NCBI GenBank assembly: GCA_951406725.2
Contig: OX597826.1
Span: 4,588,001 to 4,652,000 of the forward strand
Reading direction: 5' to 3'
DNA: 64,000 nt
Source of the DNA: Octopus vulgaris
Lineage: Eukaryota
How positions within the stretch are numbered: the stretch's first letter is position 1; the number at the start of each line of letters is the position of its first letter. A program made the translations under genes and the position numbers. The notes beneath the pieces were generated by a model. The model was not told the DNA's origin. It did no database searches and saw only the letters and a list, made by a program, of their open reading frames with translations. Of this stretch, positions 13,658 through 26,207 are shown in pieces.

Positions 13658-14087
13658 GGCGGTGACATGGCAGAACCGTTAGCACGCCTGACGAAATGCT
13701 TACCGGTATTTCGTCTGCCGTTACGTTCTGAGTTCAAATTACGCCGAGGTCGACTTTGCCTTTCATCCTTTTGAGGTCGATAAATTAAGTACCAGTTACG
13801 CACTGGGGTCGATGTAATCGACTTAATCCCTTTGTCTGTCATTGTTTGTCCCCTCTATCATTAACCCCTTGTGCGCAATAAAGAAATAAGTATCGTTAGG
13901 ACACCGGGCGAAATGTTTAGCGGTATTTCGTCTGCCTTCACGTTCTGAGTTCAAATTCTTTTGAGGACAACTTTGCTTTTCATCCTTTCGGGGGTCGATA
14001 AATTAAGTACCAGTTACGAGCTGGGGCCGATCTAATCCTCTGGCCCTCCCAAAAGAAATTCGGACCTTGTGCTTAGACTAGAAAAAA
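13658..14087 (+). mobile_element. SINE family B dimer (B1+B2) with 14-bp TSD
   Basis: Head GGCGGTGACATGGCAGAACCGTTAGC; B1 tail AATAAAGAAATAAG at about 13890; second unit TATCGTTAGGACACCGGGCG...CCTTGTGCTTAGACTAGAAAA. TSD AAGACACTAGTTGA at 13644-13657 and 14088-14101. Confidence 0.9.
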
Positions 14088-14821
14088 AAGACACTAGTTG
14101 ATGGTTAAATTAATTCATCGAAATCAACAGGAATAAAACATAGGACGTAAAGGGCTTTAATTAAATACCACAAGGTATTTCGTCCGGGGCCGTAAACATA
14201 CGACTAAATGGTGATATTGTTAATATAAAAATGTATCGGTGAATAATCTAGGCATTAATAGTTTTAACCGTTGACTGAGTTCTCCACGAAGTTGATAAAA
14301 TAAATTGTCATCATTATACTTCGTGCGTGTTTTCTCCATCACTTTCCTGTCAGTTGCCCTTTAAACATGAACACATACACACAACACACACACACAATAT
14401 ATATATATATTGTATGTATTTTCATGTGCGTGTGTATGTGTATGTAGATAGATAGATAGATAGATAGTTAGATATAGATGTGTATATAGATGGAATTATA
14501 TATACATGCGCACCCTCGCACTCTTTCTTACGCACACACACATACACACACGTACCCACACACACACTTCCGGTTGCTACTGACAATGCGGCGTTGCTAC
14601 TGACACTTATCGTAATTGACGTTTGAGCTATCCGTGTTTCGGTTGGACGAAAGTACAAATTGTGTTCTGCGTTCAGTGCCATTGCGGACACGGACACATG
14701 GAGAAGTTTATTGTTATTTATTTCTTTAATTGATAATGAAGGGCAATTGGTCAAGAAATTATGGTAAAAGGGCATGAGAAAGGGCGAGCAGTATAAAGAT
14801 ATGTAAGTTGGTGTAGGCTTT

Positions 14822-14885
<64 letters not shown>

Positions 14886-14897
14886 TTACAAGAGTTT

Positions 14898-15015
14898 GCT
14901 ATTATTTAACCCTAGGTCAACCCTGGTGTAGCAAACCTATGATCAAAGGCAATGAATTCGTGACCAACCCGTATTTTCCAGTGGTTTGTAAGAATACATT
15001 AGCTGTGGTATCCTT
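14898..15015 (-). repeat. Old dispersed repeat 3' fragment (related copies at about 15900-16028 + and 61690-61750 +)
   Basis: Shared motif (AA)TGCCTTTGATCATAGGTTTGCT...GGGTTAAATAA; compare GAATGCTTTTAATCACAAGGTTTGCTC at 15971 and GAATGCCTTTGATCATTGG at 61712. Confidence 0.45.
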
Positions 15016-16898
15016 CATGCATTTATTTATCTATTTATTAAATACAGTAAGTTGTAGCTTTGAGGAGATTTGGTTGATTGCTGCTTCTAATAGGTCGAGC
15101 GACCACGTTAGAGTTGCCATCGTTAAATCGTACCCGAATCGATGACATTGCTCTCTCTCTCTCTCTCTCTCCCTTTCTCCCTGTATGTATGTATACATAT
15201 ATATAACAAGAGGCACTGACACACATTTAAAACCATCTATGCATTCGATTTTGAATGAGAAACATTGTTTCTTTCGTTTAGTTCAGTGTGAGGATCCATT
15301 ATGCACAGAGATACCGGACACTGATAAGTCGGGAATGGATTGGACCTTTAACTTTACTTACACATCAGTTTTTTTCCCCTTATCTGAAGCTCACCAGGTT
15401 CTCTTGCTCTTTTCATATCGTTTACCTCCTCTAATTAACATCAAGGTTTTTGTTCCGGTTACTTTCTGTTTACGTATACACAGATATGTTCCTTTACTTA
15501 CCTTTGTCAGTTGCATTGAAATGCCCAGACACAGAGGTGGTAAGTCTCCAAAATTTTCTCATTTCCTGTTTTAGTTCCTTCTCATCTCAGTAATGAAGAA
15601 GGACTCTCTCTCCGAATCATCGAACAAATCCTCAGGACAATATTATCTTCCAATTTCTGCCGCTCTTTACGCCAAAATGCCAGTTGTCACCGACGAAAAC
15701 AAAAGCCAGACTTTTGGAGTCCTGTTCCCACTATTACCACACACACACACACACAGTATTTGTCCTTACGATTATTAAATTATCATAGCAAAGCCCATGC
15801 TAGATTACCTTTCCTCTAATTCCCTTTTTCCCAACCTCTCCTTTTTTCTCGCTCTCAATCACAAACCTTTCTTAAGATACAGTAACCTATATTAAGAAAA
15901 GAAGGACATTTTCGAAGACATAGTCCAAGATATATTGAGTAAGAAAAAGCAGATAGATTGGATAAGACTGGAATGCTTTTAATCACAAGGTTTGCTCATT
16001 TGCAATCGATTTGGGGATAAATAACAAGCATAGCATCATAGCAATCATCATCATCATCATCAGTAACAAGAACAACAGAAGTAAAAATAACACAGACGCT
16101 CGGTGATATTCTTAGGAATCCAAGATTCATTCAAACCAGACATTGCTGCGAAAACATGTAATCATTCACGTGAATAACGCATACATATATATACAATCAT
16201 ACAGATATCAATTACATATAAATGCATGCAACCCAGAAAACGGACGTAATACATACACCCGTATCCATCCAACCACACACACACACACACTGACTAACAA
16301 TTATATGCAAACTCACACATGAAACCTAGAAGGACGTAATACATATACCCAGCCGCACACACAAACACGGAAGCTCATGCGCAACGTACATACTCACTCA
16401 GACAAGTAGACAGGCGGTCAGAAAGGATGTGGGATTAAGGAGGGTAAGATGGTGTGTCAAGGTTCAACGCCAAATGAAGGGGTTCCGGAAATTTCATTAA
16501 ACCATCCGGTTTCTGTTCATAGGAAAGGGGAGGGGGAAAGGGAGATTATCATGAAACTCTAACCTTCACTAGAGTTAGGATTCTGACTTAAGATTAGTCA
16601 TCCCAGGTATGTACGACAAGCTATTTAAGGGGGTCATAGGTTGCTTATGGTCCTTAAGGGGCACTCGTAAAACAAAAATCATTGGCGTTTGATATCAGAT
16701 AAAGTTAATAAAATTAGAAGCAATATATATCGGACTTTAATTTCCTTTCTCACTCACAATTGCACTGCTTGGTGTGTTTCGATCAATCTACACACCTATC
16801 TACATATCTATCTATCTACACATCTATCTATCTATTTCCCACTCTTTTTCTCACTGTCCCCTTTTATGTCTACCTCAATATGCATGTGTGCGCGTGCT

Positions 16899-16942
<44 letters not shown>

Positions 16943-17119
16943 TACTGAGTCATCTTTGTGTTATGATTACTTTAAATTCAAGTGCCTCTGTGCGTACGTA
17001 TATATATATATATGTGTGTGTGTGTGTGAATGTCAGCGTATGTATACACATACACACACTCAAATATCTCTCGTTTATTTATTTATTTATCTATCTATCT
17101 ATCTATCTATCCATCTATC

Positions 17120-17211
<92 letters not shown>

Positions 17212-17782
17212 CATCTATCTATCTATCTGCCTAACTTCGTTTTCCTTGTCTGAAGCAGTAAAGGAGTCTGATTGATCCCCAATAGCTTGCATATGTTGTC
17301 TTCTTTCGCATACATCACCTCAAATTAATCCAGGTCCGCGGTTCACGACGGCCTGGAGTTTGAAGCAGCTGTATATGACATCATTTACTGTTTGGTAACA
17401 CGTGACATTCGCTGAACTATCTTCTAAGCTGGCACCTGACAGGCATTCATTTGAAGATTGATAAATTGTCTTCTTACAGCTATACCTCCCTTATATTTCT
17501 CTATCTTCACTGGAGAAGCGATTGTGATAAAGCTTTCAGTTAAATGATATTGTTTTCTATTTTCTTTCTAATAGTTTATTTTATTATTTTATTCTGTATT
17601 TCATTTCTATTTTAGAAAAAAAGTTTATTTGTTTCACGAACAGTCGTCACATTTTCACAATTTTATTGTCTTACTTCACGCACACAGTCAAGAAGCGCAT
17701 ACATACACCCACGTGTGCATGTGTGTGTTTATGTACTTATGCGTATACATTTGTATACATGTGGATGTACGTATGTATGCAA

Positions 17783-17832
<50 letters not shown>

Positions 17833-17839
17833 GACACAC

Positions 17840-17878
<39 letters not shown>

Positions 17879-18269
17879 GTATGTATGTATGTAAACATGC
17901 ATACATGTTTATGTAGCGGCGGGCTTTTCTTTCAGTCATTTTAGATTGAAGTTACGACTTTGTTCGAGTTTAATCTTTCGTATTAAAAAGTTTTCATATT
18001 TCATTATTTGTCATTTATGCTTAATTTGAAACAATAACGTTCCATTAACATTTCAAAGCCTTCTCGCCCCATTTTTTCTGTATGAATTGAATATAGCAGC
18101 ATCTTGTCACGTTTTGTAAAATGCGACAAGCGATGTTGGGAATGATGTAGTGCCTGCTAAAATCCTCGTCACCAGGTTTAAATACTTTAATTCCTAACTC
18201 CTCATTTCTTTCATAGCAATGACTTTTGTCTTGTATTTTGCTATGGCTAACACTTCCATAGTGAATACA

Positions 18270-18694
18270 GGCGCAGGAGTGACTGTGTGGTAAGTAGCTT
18301 GCTTACCAACCACATGGTTCCGGGTTCAGTCCCACTGCGTGGCACCTTGGGTAAGTGTCTTCTACTATAGCCTCGTGCCGACCAAAGCCTTATGAGTGGA
18401 TTTGGTAGACGGAAACTGAAAGAAGCCCGTCGTATATATGTATATATATATGTATATATGTGTATGTGTATATGTTTCTGTGTCTGTGTTTTTGTCCCCA
18501 CCTCCACCAACATCGCTTGACAACCGATGCTGGTGTGTTTACGTCCCCGTAACTTAGCGGTTCGGCAAAGGCGACCGATAGAATAAGTACTAGGCTTACA
18601 AATAATAAGTCCTGGGGTCGATTTGCTCGACTAAAGGTGGTGCTCCAGCATGGCCACAGTCAAATGACTGAAACAAATACAAAGAAAAAAAAAA
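18270..18694 (+). mobile_element. SINE family A, full length
   Basis: GGCGCAGGAGTGACTGTGTGGTAAG (A-box-like), GGGTTCAGTCCC (B-box), complete body and A-rich tail. Confidence 0.92.
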
Positions 18695-18882
18695 GGTTTT
18701 TTATATCGAATGGTTATTTTACCCCCATTTTCTATCTATTTTCGTTTGGTATGATGGCCCTGAGGAGTAAATTTATAGTTTGTAGACAGTAAAGTTTCGC
18801 ACTTTACGTGTGTCGTCGACAGAATGAGTCGCGAAGCTTATAACTCTCAGGCTTAACTGAAATTTTGTTATTACGTTGATTA

Positions 18883-19079
18883 CTTTTTTTTACTTGTTTC
18901 AGTCATTTGACTGCGGCCATGCTGGAGCACCCCATTTAGTCGAGCAAATAAACACCGGGACTTATTCCTTCTAAGCCTAGTACTTATTCTATCGGTTTCT
19001 TTCTTGCTGAACCGCTAATTTACGGGGGACATAAACACACCAGCATCGGTTGTCAAGCAATGCTAGGGGGACAAAAACA

Positions 19080-19169
<90 letters not shown>

Positions 19170-19334
19170 TACGACGGGCTTCTTTCAGTTTCCGTCCACC
19201 AAATCCACGCATAAGGCCTTGGTCAGCCCGAGGCTATAGTAGATGACACTTGCCCAAGATGCCACGCAGTGGGACTGAACCCGGAACCATGTGGTTGGAA
19301 AGCAAGCTACTTACCACACAGCCACTTCTGCGCC
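18883..19334 (-). mobile_element. SINE family A, full length
   Basis: Complete reverse-complement copy ending CAGCCACTTCTGCGCC; tail-to-tail with the 18270 copy. Confidence 0.92.
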
Positions 19335-20881
19335 TACATTGTTGAAGTTGATTGTTGAAGTACGTAACTCGCAAGTTTGTAGTTTCATGCTGAGACGAAT
19401 CTTTTCTGTTAATTATGGTATTTCGTAATATATTCTTAATCATTTTCTAATTAAGTTGTTTTCTGTTTTATGAGGTTATTATTATGACGCGTTCATCAGT
19501 TCTGCAACCAGGGTACAAATGCTGTATCTAGTGTGTTACATTTGCTTTTTAGTTTTACTTCATAAACGATATAAAATGATGTTAGTGGTATCATCTGTGT
19601 AGCATTTAGTGTTGAGGCAATGACAAGTTGATGTATTCAAGAAAGAGTGTTGGGCACAAAGTGGAATCCTAGGATACACACTATGGTTGATGTAGTGTGG
19701 GTCAATCAGTTCAAAGTATGATGACGCGATCTGACAAGGGAGAGAAATCACTGTAGCATACATACAGATATATAGACTCACATGAATATGCGTTTGGACG
19801 CACGGATAAATCCTCACACACACATACACATGCGTGAGGTGATATGTGCAAATCACGATATTAACACGAGAAGAAAGGGGGAGAAAGCGAGAAAGAAAGA
19901 GACAGAGATAAAGAAGGGAAGAGAGAGAGAGAGAGGGGGAGAGATTTTACGCTCGAAGCTGACTTTGAAGCATATTAAATTGTGAGAGGAACAATCCGTG
20001 ATTGGTAGTTTTGGTGGTTAAAAGCAACCGGAAGTGCCTTCCCATTTAACATACATCGGGAGAGCGATGCCGCCGCTGGAGCAGAAAAAAGTATTTTTAG
20101 AATAGTTTCCCTTAGTAAGTGGATTCCAGGCCAGCAAATATAAGTGTTTTCTCCGTTTTAGAATTGAAGAAAATGGAGATTCCAGCAAACTAGGAGAGTT
20201 ATATTTATTTTTATTATTATTATTTTATCTATTTAATTATTTATTGGCAATGACCGAAAGAATCAGCTGCGTTTACCGAAGCGGAAGGGCTTGAGGTATC
20301 CCAGACTGTCAGATACTTGGAAGCATCTTTCGCAGTACCAGATTAAGCGGATTACGGTCTTGAAGAAGTTACAGGGCTTGAGAAAACAGTACCAGTTTGT
20401 AGGAATGGGTTAGTTTGTCCAATGTTTGAAGGTGGTGTTCTATGCCTGAAAGACTCTACATTATACAGTTGTGAATGAACGAGAGGGTTACCCTTAAATC
20501 CTTCAAATGGATGCGACTTGAAATGCTTTGGCGGGTGGATTCAGTCACTCGACTAGCTGTTTCTATTGGGATGGGTTAACATACCAGCGATAGTATAGAC
20601 AAATTCAGGTACATCAATTTATTAATTGCTGGTGGGGACACAGTATTTTGTCTTGAAATCACAGTATACAGTATAAAGAGTTATAAGTCAATACTGTGTC
20701 TTACTTTGGTGTTAGCAGTGCGTTGTTTTTCTTTCTTTTCAATTTATCTCAACAGATTTTCTATAGATTTTAGAGCAAGCACTGGAATTTATGGTGTTTC
20801 GTATACGAATATGCATTCGTATACAAAACATAGTAACTTTCAGTCCTAGCTCTAAATTCCATAGAAAAATCTGTAGAGATT

Positions 20882-21049
20882 GGTGCAGGGGCGGCTGTGT
20901 GGTTAGTAGCTTGCTTACCAACCACATGGTTCCGGGTTCAGTCCCACTGTGTGGCACCTTGGGCAAGTGTCTTCTACTATAGCTCGACTAAAGGCGGTGC
21001 TCCTGCATGGCCGCAGTCAAATGACTGAAACAAGTAAAAGAGTAAAGAG
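20882..21049 (+). mobile_element. SINE family A with large internal deletion
   Basis: Head and CORE-like segment up to ...CTACTATAG are joined directly to CTCGACTAAAGGCGGTGCTCC of the tail. Confidence 0.88.
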
Positions 21050-21299
21050 CAGACTAAAAGAGAGATAATCTTTAAAATGGAGTATATCAAATACTACAAA
21101 ACATAAAGTCTTTATTTATCAAAATCATTTCCCCCTCCCCCACCTAAGAGAATGTGCCATAATTACGAAACAGCTAAGATCAGCTTCACTTGGGAAGATC
21201 AGATAAACTCATGAGTCAAGAATTGCCAAAAATTCACATGCTGTTTTTCTGAAAGAGCAGGCTTGCTGTCCGTCGATGTCGTGGCCACGTTATTTCTGG

Positions 21300-22150
21300 C
21301 GAAGTTTTATCTGGTCAACTAACATGAAGTTCCATGCATTATTGGAGATTTGGGCATTGCGTTGTATAAGGATGGGCGTTGGACAGTTGCTAACAATTAG
21401 GATGATGGGTTTGAAGGTGATCAATTGGGTTTGAAGGTACTCGAGCAGGCAAAGAGTTGGCATAAGGCTGAAGATTGCTAAAACTTCGGCTTCTGGATTG
21501 GTAGCATCAATTTCAGTTGAGTTTGTGGCCGAGTGTGGTCAGCTGGTATGATTTTTTAAATATATTACTGAAGGTTTGGGCGTTGCATTTCATGAGGATG
21601 GTTGTTGCCATATGACATTAAATTGAACAAGCAAATAGGTGCAGTGAGGATGATGACTAGTTAAACATTGTGTTTGGAGATGATCAAGGGTTAAGCCTCG
21701 GTTGAAGATGTGAGTAGGCAAATAGACTAGTTGGTATAGGGCTGAGATTGCTAAAACTTCGGCTGCAGGACTAGTAGCATCAATTTCGGTTCGAAGAATA
21801 TACGCAGCGATGAAATCAACGAGGTCGATATATCCAGAGAGTAGCAAAGTGAGTTAGATGTCCTCCATACAGAATAAGATATGGTAGAAGAGTTGATGTG
21901 TGTTAGAAGAGCAAGGAGAGCGGTAGAGGAACCAGGAGATGTGATGCGCCTACTGTTTATCTATAGAAAGGGAGATGCGATGGGGTGTTAGATATAAAGT
22001 GAAAGGCAGGAGTCTTTGTAGGAATGATGGTGAATAGTCAGAGACAGAAACAGACAGTTCAAAGACGTTATGTCTGAGATACTCAAGAGACAAAGTGTAA
22101 AAAAGACACACGGAGAGTGTAGTATGGTGGGTGGTAAGCTAGATGAGTGG
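21300..22150 (-). pseudogene. Decayed LINE ORF2 APE-endonuclease fragment (CR1/L2/Jockey-like)
   Basis: Minus-strand translations give WFLYRSP (about 21914-21934) and, downstream, AEVLAISALYQLVYLPTHIFNRGLTLDHL, resembling the YR(S/P)P and L-x-QLV-x-x-PT(H/R)...TLDL motifs of LINE APE domains, in the expected order. Frameshifts and stops present. Confidence 0.6.
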
Positions 22151-23117
22151 TCGTTAGGTGAGTGGTGATTGATGGGCACAGTGGGAGTAAACGAGACAGG
22201 GGTTAGGGGCTTCTGATAACAGTTATACACATTACACACGTATTCCCACACACAAATATATATTTGTATGAGTGTGTGTATATTTATAATCATACACGTA
22301 CTCATGTGTGTGTGTACATATATATACATGTACAAACACACACACACACACACATATACATTTACACACATATATATATATATGTGTGTGTGTGTACATA
22401 TATACATGTACAAACACACACACACATATACATTTACACATACTTACATTTGCACATACATATATACATATATATCTACATACACACACACACGCATGCA
22501 CACACGTGCAGACACGCGCACACGCATGCACGCAGAAGTGATATGTATGTGTACCTGCGCATACATACACGTACATAAATTTCTTTTTCGAGTGTTTATA
22601 ATTTGAGAGAGTGTTTATACTGGCTTAAACAAACTGAGAAGGTTTCTATAATCTTAGAAGACCTACCCAGTTGTCGGTTTCTGATCTAACTCTTCTTTCC
22701 CCGCAAGGAGACTAAAGCCATAGATGTACTTACAAACACACGTTTTCCTACGCACACGCACGCACAGACCATCAGTGTGGCTCGTATGCTTCGAAGTTTC
22801 GCCAGCGTTGAATTCACAGTTTTTTTTTAGTTTTTTTTTTTTGTGCGACTAGTAAAGGCCAAAATTTTCGAAACAAAAAAACTCACCATTTACAATAAAT
22901 ATTAATTTGAACCTACATGTCCTTTGCCTTTTGTTCAATGTGCATGTCGACCGTACTCTACTACACTGACGATCCATTTCGGTTAGACATCCAAATACAC
23001 TTGAAACATCCAATGCTGAGTTCCCAAAACACTGCCAGGGTGAAACGTATGTAGGAACAAACAAATTATACTTGTCTTCATCTAAACTTTCTCTCTCATA
23101 TATATATATCCCACAGG

Positions 23118-23215
23118 ACGCTAAACATAGAGCTACCAAACAAGAACAGACAGTGTGTAACTGGTACTTATTTAATCGACCCTGAAATGATGAAAGGCAA
23201 AGTTGACCTCCAGTT
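23118..23215 (-). mobile_element. SINE family B fragment
   Basis: GCTAAACATAGAG...GTAACTGGTACTTATTTAATCGACCC...GAAAGGCAAAGTTGACCTC. Confidence 0.7.
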
Positions 23216-23547
23216 GACCTAATATAAATCCCCCAATTTTTATAGAACATCTCGAGCGTGGTTCTGGGTAGATTTATATCGAGAGATCCTAGTAATTCAT
23301 GATAAGAATAAGCTCAATAGATGAGGACAAACTATAGAAATTGGGGTGGAGAACCTAGAGTGAGGGACTGTTATCAACCAACGCTATAGGTAGTGACTTA
23401 AAGAGTTTTGACTAACCTTCCTAACTTCAGCATCTCAGATATTGATGTACCCTTAATCCATAATAGCAATTTCCATCAATGGCGAGGATAGTTGGAAATT
23501 TTTCATTATCTTCTCGCGTAGCACAATATCATTATTTTTATCTTTTC

Positions 23548-23594
<47 letters not shown>

Positions 23595-24081
23595 TGTGTG
23601 AGGCGTGTGCATATACATATGTACATATAGATTTTGTTAGCATGTTGCAACTATTCATTTCTAGCAGGTCGAACGAACATTAACTTTAAGGCTTTTTTCG
23701 GACATCTGACACAGCAGTAGGTGTGCGGCGGATGACATTTCACGTGAGAAAATCGACTCTACTCTCATGTGTAAACTTTGTAATACTCCAGTGTCACCGT
23801 TTGTCATGTGGCTTTGGGAAACAAAATCAAGGATATCTCGATCCTTCCCAAACATAACTCTGACCTATGGCATCAACACAGCTAACACCCTGATTTGGGC
23901 TTTATTTAAAAAATTTTTTTTCTTTCATTTATCTAAACGAACATTACTCTCCGCATACCACACACACACAACACTCTCTCTTTCTCCCTCTTTCTCTCTC
24001 TAGCTTTTTTTCCTTTTTATCTTTTTCTCTCCAATGCTGTTTGATATTTTAGGTTTGTATGTTAAATCCTCAAACATTCTC

Positions 24082-24124
<43 letters not shown>

Positions 24125-24402
24125 TTCTCCTTCTCTCTCTTTCTCTCCCTGCAATTTTTCACACTTCCAAACGCTGTACCTTATCCATTCCACTTTCTGG
24201 CAGAATCTGTTTCACTGTTTGTGTTTGCATGTTTATGCTTATGTGTGTATGTACGCAGGAATGTATGTACCCCACCCCCAGACAAAAGCATACACAAACA
24301 CACATATATACATATATACACACATATATGCGCGAATACATATGCACATGTATACAAACACATATATACGTTTAGAGAGCACGGCTAAATATACACACAC
24401 AT

Positions 24403-24500
<98 letters not shown>

Positions 24501-24504
24501 CTAC

Positions 24505-24858
24505 GGCACTCCGTCGTTTACGACGACGAGGATTCTAGCTGATCCGATCAACGGAAGAGCCTGCGCGTGGAATTAACGTGCAAGTGACTGAGTGCTCCAC
24601 AGACACGTGTACCCTTAACGTAGTTCTCGGGGGAGATTCAGCGTGACACGGAGTGTGGCATGGCTGGCTCTTCGAAATACAGGTACAACAGAAACAGGAG
24701 GAAAGAGCAAAAGAAATTTGTGGGGAAAGAGTATACCAGGGTTCGCCACCACCCACTGTCGGAGACTCGTGGAGCTTTAAGCGTTTTCACTCAATAAACA
24801 CTCACGATGCCCGGTCGCCCGGTCTGGGAATCCGTTGCCCTAACTACTGGGCCATTGC
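24505..24858 (-). mobile_element. SINE family C (tRNA-derived)
   Basis: Minus strand starts GCAATGGCCCAGTAGTTAGGGC (tRNA-like A-box). The 3' tail ...GTTGATCGGATCAGCTAGAATCCTCGTCGTCGTAAACGACGGAGTGCC is shared with the 40640 copy; the 5' half is shared with the 40025 copy. Confidence 0.85.
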
Positions 24859-24860
24859 TC

Positions 24861-24909
<49 letters not shown>

Positions 24910-24913
<4 letters not shown>

Positions 24914-25170
24914 TGTCTTAGAAAGAACATTTCGGTCACCCATTCCCTTCTAGTCGTTTCAAAATGTAGCCATATATAAAATCGTTGCCGATTTTCTTCC
25001 TCCGTCTTCCTTTCAATTGGACTTTCCTCTGTTTCCGAAGAAGAGCGTCTGCTCGAAACATTAAACCATCTTTCTTTCCTTCTCTGATCGTCTGCTAATA
25101 CTTTACATGTACCACGTCCTTGCGTCGCTGTTTTTTTTTGTGTTTGCTCTTCTTCTGTTTTTGGATTTAC
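24910..25170 (+). mobile_element. Repeat fragment with hammerhead-like core (Penelope-like element terminal repeat?)
   Basis: GTTT-CCGAAGA-A-GAGC-GTCT-GCTC-GAAAC-ATT-AAAC at 25031-25066; downstream sequence is homologous to 8165-8265 (-). Confidence 0.5.
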
Positions 25171-25552
25171 TATATAATATATATATAATGTACAAGAGGA
25201 GACAGTCTATGTGCGAAATAACACTCCACACTTTCTTTACATTCATAATCCGATCATATGATAGTTCGGTGAACCTAAATGATTCTTTTGTTCTTGATTT
25301 GCTTTTCCCGATTTCGTCTTCGTCGGTTCCATGTTTTTCGTTCTCTTTATTTTCTCTTACATCATACTTCGGTTCCTCCTGACTTCTTCTCTTCCTCCTC
25401 CTCTTCCTCTTCATCCACATCCCTACGACTACTACTGCTACTACTTCAACCACCCAAAGTCACTATCACGACCACCACTATGAGGACCAACTGAAATTTA
25501 AAAAAAAACACACTGCAACCACCAGCACCACCACCACCATTCACTACTACTA

Positions 25553-25613
<61 letters not shown>

Positions 25614-26118
25614 TATTACTACTACTAGTTTCGCCGACTCTACCATCTTCAACCTCATCATTATCATCACTGTTGTCATGTATATTGGTTCGACACAACC
25701 AACGCCATAGTTTTTAAAGTCGGCGTCGCTGTCCCCGCACAGTCATCTTTCTCATCTTCATCCACCACCACCACCACCACTACCACCACCACCACCATCA
25801 TTATCATCATCGTCGTCATCATTCATCGCAGTCGTTGTCATCGATCATTTTCGCCGTCCTCGTAGTCGTTCCATTTGTTGCTGCTGCTGTTCGTCTTTTT
25901 TTCTTTTTTTCTTTTCTTTCTTTTTTGCTTTTGATTTCTTTTGCGGTTGAAGAATCTGAAGAAGTTAAGAAGAGAACGTTGAGCGTCTTCAGCCAAACAT
26001 AGCGAAAAGAAAGGCAGGTCTTTTGCACACACGAATCAAAAGTACTATATTTAAATGACGAATCAAATGAGACGAGAATGAATGTCAATGAGTTTACAAT
26101 AATCATTTCAACATATTC

Positions 26119-26202
<84 letters not shown>

Positions 26203-26207
26203 TTACG

